Assembly: GCA_036785375.1 (NCBI GenBank)
Contig: JAWMAR010000041.1
Location: 8,618,001-8,682,000 of the forward strand
DNA length: 64,000 nt
Direction: 5' to 3'
Source: Leucoraja ocellata
Taxonomy: Eukaryota
Made by a program: the position numbers and the translations under genes. The notes beneath the pieces were generated by a model that worked only from the letters and a program-made list of their open reading frames with translations, did not search any database and was not told the origin of the DNA. Positions 59,033 through 64,000 of this stretch are shown piece by piece (positions within the stretch are counted from its first letter, which is position 1; each line of letters opens with the position of its first letter).

Positions 59033-61513
59033 AACAAATTCATGAACAACTATCGTTCATCTCGGTGCTTCTGTGAACGAGTCTCTTCGTTCATAAACAA
59101 CATTCGGGGGGGGGGGGGGGGGGGGGGTGAGGGACATCCGGCATTAACGTGCATGCGACCAGTCTACATTTATGCACAGCTGAGATAGGACGTACATATG
59201 CCACGTAACTCTTTACACAAACACATATCAGCATAATCCGATCAGGATCTGGAGAAGGCGATAACTCATTTGCAGATTACTCTCATGTTAGTTTATTCCA
59301 ACCTCGAGATTTGAAATCTAACCATTGCGGTTCGATGCAGGTGCAGGTTGGGATAAAACTAAAGACTTTTCCATGAATAAATTCACGATTTGCTCCAACA
59401 TTTCGCAGTCCAGAATCCAGCAATTATTTAGATTGTCGTTTCCGTTTGTTTTGTGACCTTACTCAAAATGAATGCTTTGATGTACATTCTAAACAAGCAA
59501 AAACTGTTCCAAACAACAGTGTCACCAAGCGGAAATCAAAGCATCGCCCTGTTTATGATCATGCAGTTGATGGAGCTCCAGTACATCCCCGGGACGGCTG
59601 CCAGCGAGCGCTGCCTGTCACTCTCTGGAGATCGAGCATTGACCCCCAACTCCCCTTAGCGCATTCAACTGCAATTACCAGTCTCGTTCGCAGAGTCTCT
59701 GTTCCGCGCTCATTAACAAACATTTACCATAAAAAAGTTCCCTTGTGTGTGAATTTATTTGCGGATCTGGGAATGTGACAAGAGGAAGGGACGAAGTGGG
59801 CAGAACCAGCCCTCTGCCTGCAACGCAATCACCTCTCACTTTGTAGCTAATCTGCTTCATTTAATGCAGCGAGAGCAGACTAACTCCCCGTTTGATTGCC
59901 TTGGAGTCAGGGGAGTAATGGCGGGGTGAATATTACTGAAACTGCTGTCGCTCGGTGGGATGTCGTTTGTAAATCCCAAACATTTAAATCTCTCCGCGTC
60001 TTTTGCCCGACGCGGATTGTTAAATCGGACCAGCTGGGCCCTCATCTTGCTGGGGATGATCTGCCGGGAAAAAGGCAATTAAATAAACTGCCCGGCGACC
60101 TGAGTGGAATCTGTGTGGTCCTAATGGGCAGGAGGGTAAAAAAAAATGCCTCCAAATTGACAGGTCTGTTTGTTTATTTGTTTCTTATCAGGCCGTGCGT
60201 CTGATAGAAAGCGTTAAAATGCTCACCATATGTGTCCCCCGATGGTTTATTGAAGACCTCTAGTCCCTACAGTGCCAACTCCTTCACCATATGTCACACA
60301 GTGCTGGGACGCAAAGTAACCCATCGAAATGATACGCGTTTTTTGTATTAATCCCAATATGAGATGAATATTGAGTGAATTGTTCGCCACCTCTACAAAA
60401 AACATTGGATATGTTCAGAATCAGCACTAATAGAATCCAGACTTCGGATTTACCACAACCCCACGCAGTGAGCGCTATTCGTCTCAAAATAACTATTACT
60501 CTGTTCCCTGTGAGTGATAGCTAAGGCTCGTTGTTCCTTTGGGTGGGAGGGGATGTCTATATTAATTTTTGCGTGATTTTTAAATGTAATCGATTTGGGA
60601 TTAGTAGGTTCGTGTGAGCAGTTACTGCCAGCGCCTACCGCGAATTGGCCGCAAATGTAAACTAGCTGTGGCGTTTGATCTCATCTTTGAGACCAAGGTT
60701 TTACTGATTGATGCTCAAGCACGCTTCACCCGTGTAGCAAAGAGTACGTGCGACTTCAGCGTGCCAGCTTAGTTTCATGACTTTAAACCTTCATGTTTGT
60801 TTTGGAGATCAGATGATTTGTTAGGTCGCGAGTGCTGAAATTAAATAAAGACACAGAGTGATGGAGTAACTCGGTGAGTCAGGCAGCAGGTCTGAAGAAG
60901 GGTCCCGACCCGAAACGTCACCCATCCTTTTCCTCCAGAGATGCTGCCTGGACCGCTGAGTACTTTTTGCCTGACTTCGCTACATACCAACATCTGTAGT
61001 TCATTTCTACACATCTCTGGATAGGTGACGTTTTGGGTCGGGGCCCTTCTTCAGAATTCAGATGCTGCCCGACCCACTGAGTTCCTCCAGCACTCTGTCT
61101 TTTTTTTTAATAAACAAACATCTGCAGTTCCTCCATGCTGGCTGATATTAAATGTTGGGAACTATTTGGACTTTAGTCCTGGTCTCGCCTGATCTTCAGG
61201 TGCATTATCCCAATCCTTTTCTCGTGGTCGGTTCTCAAGGGAGTTTGCCATCGTATCTATTTCGTCCGTTACTACGACTTTTGTTTTACTATTTATTGCG
61301 GCACATTACGTGTTTACTACGTCCATTGTGCGATGTCTTTAAAGCAGGTAAGTCATATATTTGAACCAGCTCTACTTACCGACTTTATTTCTCCGGAAAC
61401 ACATTTCATTGACTGAAACCCCATTCAAACTATAAGCAGGAGTGGACGTTTTGGCCCCATGCGCTCCGCCATTCAATACCATCATGGTTGATATTTTACC
61501 TCAGCGTCACTTT

Positions 61514-61655
61514 GGAGTGGGAGATTGCAACCTTCACGTGGTCCGACCTGTTTCAACGAATGCAATCAACCTGGCGTGCACAATCAAATAAGATCAAATA
61601 GAACAAGTTGTCCTACAACTTTAGGATGGGCACGCCATACGCAAGAAGAAGAGAT
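61514..61655 (+). mobile_element. Short retroposed insert with an (AAG)n tail inside an old minus-strand CR1
   Basis: 8-bp TSD GTCACTTT (61506-61513 and 61656-61663); ends GCAAGAAGAAGA. Confidence 0.7.
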
Positions 61656-61984
61656 GTCACTTTCTTGTGCAAACGCGTTGTCCCTTAATTCCCTTAATAT
61701 TTAAAGATATATCGATGTCTGCCTTGCATGAACTCAGCGACAAAACCTTCACAACACTCTTGGATAAATAACTCCAACGTTTCACCACCATCTGAACGAA
61801 GAAATGTGTTCTCATCGCCCGAAGACCAATTCCATACTTCTAGACCATGAATCTCGGCTCTAGAAAGTCCAACTCTGCGAAATAGCGTTTACCAATGAAG
61901 CGGGATGGGATCCCTTCTCTTAAACTCCAGATAGTACGGTCCAGTCCGCTTCATCTCTTCTCAGAGACAACCCACTCCCCCTTC

Positions 61985-62815
61985 CAATTCAATTTCAATT
62001 CAATTGTATTTGTCATATGCAGGTTAGCACAGGGTCAACGGTACAATGAAATGTGTTTGACAAGACAACGGATCACCTCAGCAACAAGTATAAAATAAGA
62101 TAAACATGACATTGGTAGGTAAAAGGACAATAATAAAATAATCAACATATATGATGTGAAGTGTGTTTATGAGTTCGGAAGCCTGATGGCCTGATGCTAA
62201 AAACTGATCTTAAGTCTGGTGGTACATGCAGCCATGCTCCTGTATCGTCTGCCTGACTGCAACATGGAGGACAGTCTGTGTGCTGGGTGGCTATGGTCCT
62301 TGATGATGCTGTGTGCCTTCCGCAGACATCACCGGTGGAAAATGTCCTGAATGGCCGGGAGACAGTTGCTAGTGATGTGCTGTGCCGCCTTCACCACTCT
62401 CTGTAGTGATTTGCGGCTGTGGGCAGAACAGTTCCTGTACCAGACTGTGATGCAGCCCGTCAGCAGACTGTTGATGGTGCAACTGTAGAAGTTTGGGAGG
62501 ATGCTGGCGTTCATGTCAAACTTCCCCAGTCTTCTCAGGAAAAAGAGCCGTTGGTGGGCTTTCTTTGTTATTGTGTCCATGTGCAGTGTCCAAGAGAGGT
62601 CCTCAGTGATGTGCACACCGAGGAACCTGAAGATGCTGACCATTTCAACCTCAGCATCACCGATGTGGATGGGGAGGTGTCCACTCCCCTGCTGTCTCCT
62701 GTAGTCCACGATCATCTCTTTAGTTTTGCTGACATTGAGAGAAAGGTTATTTTCCAAGCACCAGCTATTTAGTGCCCTTACCTCCTCTCTGCAGGCCGTC
62801 TCCACCTCATGAATC
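61985..62815 (-). mobile_element. Rex1/Babar-like LINE 3' fragment
   Basis: WCLENNLSLNVSKTKEMIVDYR, FRFLGVHITEDLSW, KKAHQRLFFLRRL; (AATTG)n-like tail at the left end. Confidence 0.85.
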
Positions 62816-62860
62816 AATTTGGGAACCCATCCATCGTGAATGCAATTACTAATATGCTCA

Positions 62861-62957
62861 AGATAGACACAAATCGCTGGAGTAACTCAGCGGGATAGAC
62901 AGCGTCTCCGGAGAGAAGGAATGGGTGACATTTCAGGTCGAGACCCTTCTTCAGACT
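62861..62957 (-). mobile_element. Same family, single-arm copy
   Basis: 12-bp TSD CTAATAT(G/A)CTCA with one mismatch (62849-62860 and 62958-62969). Confidence 0.75.
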
Positions 62958-64000
62958 CTAATATACTCATGCTAATACTATATGTATATATCTAAATTAT
63001 TAATATAGTCAGCTCCCACCCTCCACGGCCGCCAGTCGTACACACACACACACACACACATTGATGATCGAAATGCTAACCGTTTTCTGTAAAATGTGGT
63101 GCATTTTGTGCGAGAACATCAGAGGAAGTCACAATTGTGATCATTCAGTGCACCAAGGGTGAGTTAAGAACATACCACACGTGACCTATCCAATGTTACC
63201 ACGAATGGATTCGCTGCAGGTCTCTCGCGTTCACAATTCTACAGTTCCTCAGTTCCATTCCTCTCCAACAGTCAAGACTTCTGTTTTGATTCATTATTCA
63301 CGCATTTGTCAGTGGTACTTGCAGGTAGCGTTCATTTTGCTGACAGTAAACTGGTCTGCTGCACATTGATTCGATCTTTGCGTCAGGATACTCCACGAGA
63401 ATCCAAGTATGTGACCCCCAAATCTCCATCTAACCAGCCCACAGTCCTCGCCCAATTTCTTACCGGACCGATAGAGTACCTGGTGACCTGGTCAGAAGGT
63501 AATAAAGACACGAGGATATTGATTTTTCTAAATCAAAATACAAGGGGCTGGAGGAACTCGGCGGGTTAAGCAACATCTCAGGGGCACATAGATAAATGAC
63601 ATTTCGGGTCTACACCCTTCTTCAGACCCGAGTCCCGACCCGAAACGTCGCCTATCTATGAGATACAGAAATGTTGCCTGACCCACTGAGTTACTCTAGC
63701 ACTTTTTATTTAACGAGAAATAAAGCCGTCAATTCTTATAGACGGTGATTTTAAGATGTGTTGCCTGTGGCGGGTCTTCAACGTTTTCCTAAACACGGCA
63801 TTGTCCATTTCCCAATCGATTTATCTCGGACATTCACCCAATCTTTGGCACAAGGTAGGTTGCACGAACATATGGCCAGCTATTTGAGCTGTTAGGATGC
63901 CTGTCATATAGTAGTTCAATCCTGCCTCACCTCTGCTATCTGATGTGACCGCAGTTTCAGGTATACCTGGACTGGAAGTTCCTGCGCATTTACCCAGTCC

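Noticed and set aside
59105-59128. Long poly-G runs (also about 46969-46984 and 58157-58180) as functional G-quadruplexes
   Set aside because: They are simple homopolymers, prone to slippage and sequencing error, with nothing else to support function.

Overview
Eukaryotic (vertebrate) genomic DNA, most likely from a skate or ray; this is inferred from the repeat families, and the species cannot be proven from the window. The window holds almost the whole PDGFRA gene (platelet-derived growth factor receptor alpha) on the minus strand. I read a putative non-coding exon 1 and promoter at about 56.3-56.6 kb and 21 coding exons (exons 2-22, 33829 down to 115). All have GT-AG boundaries and chain in frame to 3131 coding nt; the last coding exon lies left of position 1. 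The introns are packed with mobile DNA: a full-length but decayed Gypsy (Mag-like) LTR retrotransposon with LTRs, PBS, PPT and a 5-bp TSD; many CR1 LINE fragments; Rex1/Babar-like LINE pieces; tRNA-headed SINEs; and hAT and Harbinger MITEs. There are also about 20 copies of a short, often palindromic element. The most interesting signals are: (1) that short element carries a minimal hammerhead-ribozyme core, sometimes head-to-head, and inserts with 12-15-bp TSDs, like a non-autonomous Penelope-type element; (2) a uORF in the PDGFRA leader appears to have kept its frame relative to human; (3) a stop codon plus AATAAA sits just inside intron 16, echoing the mammalian truncated decoy isoform; (4) the two Gypsy LTRs differ in a lopsided way; (5) one CR1 has an unusual structured 3' UTR. 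Comparisons to human are from memory and need to be verified by alignment.
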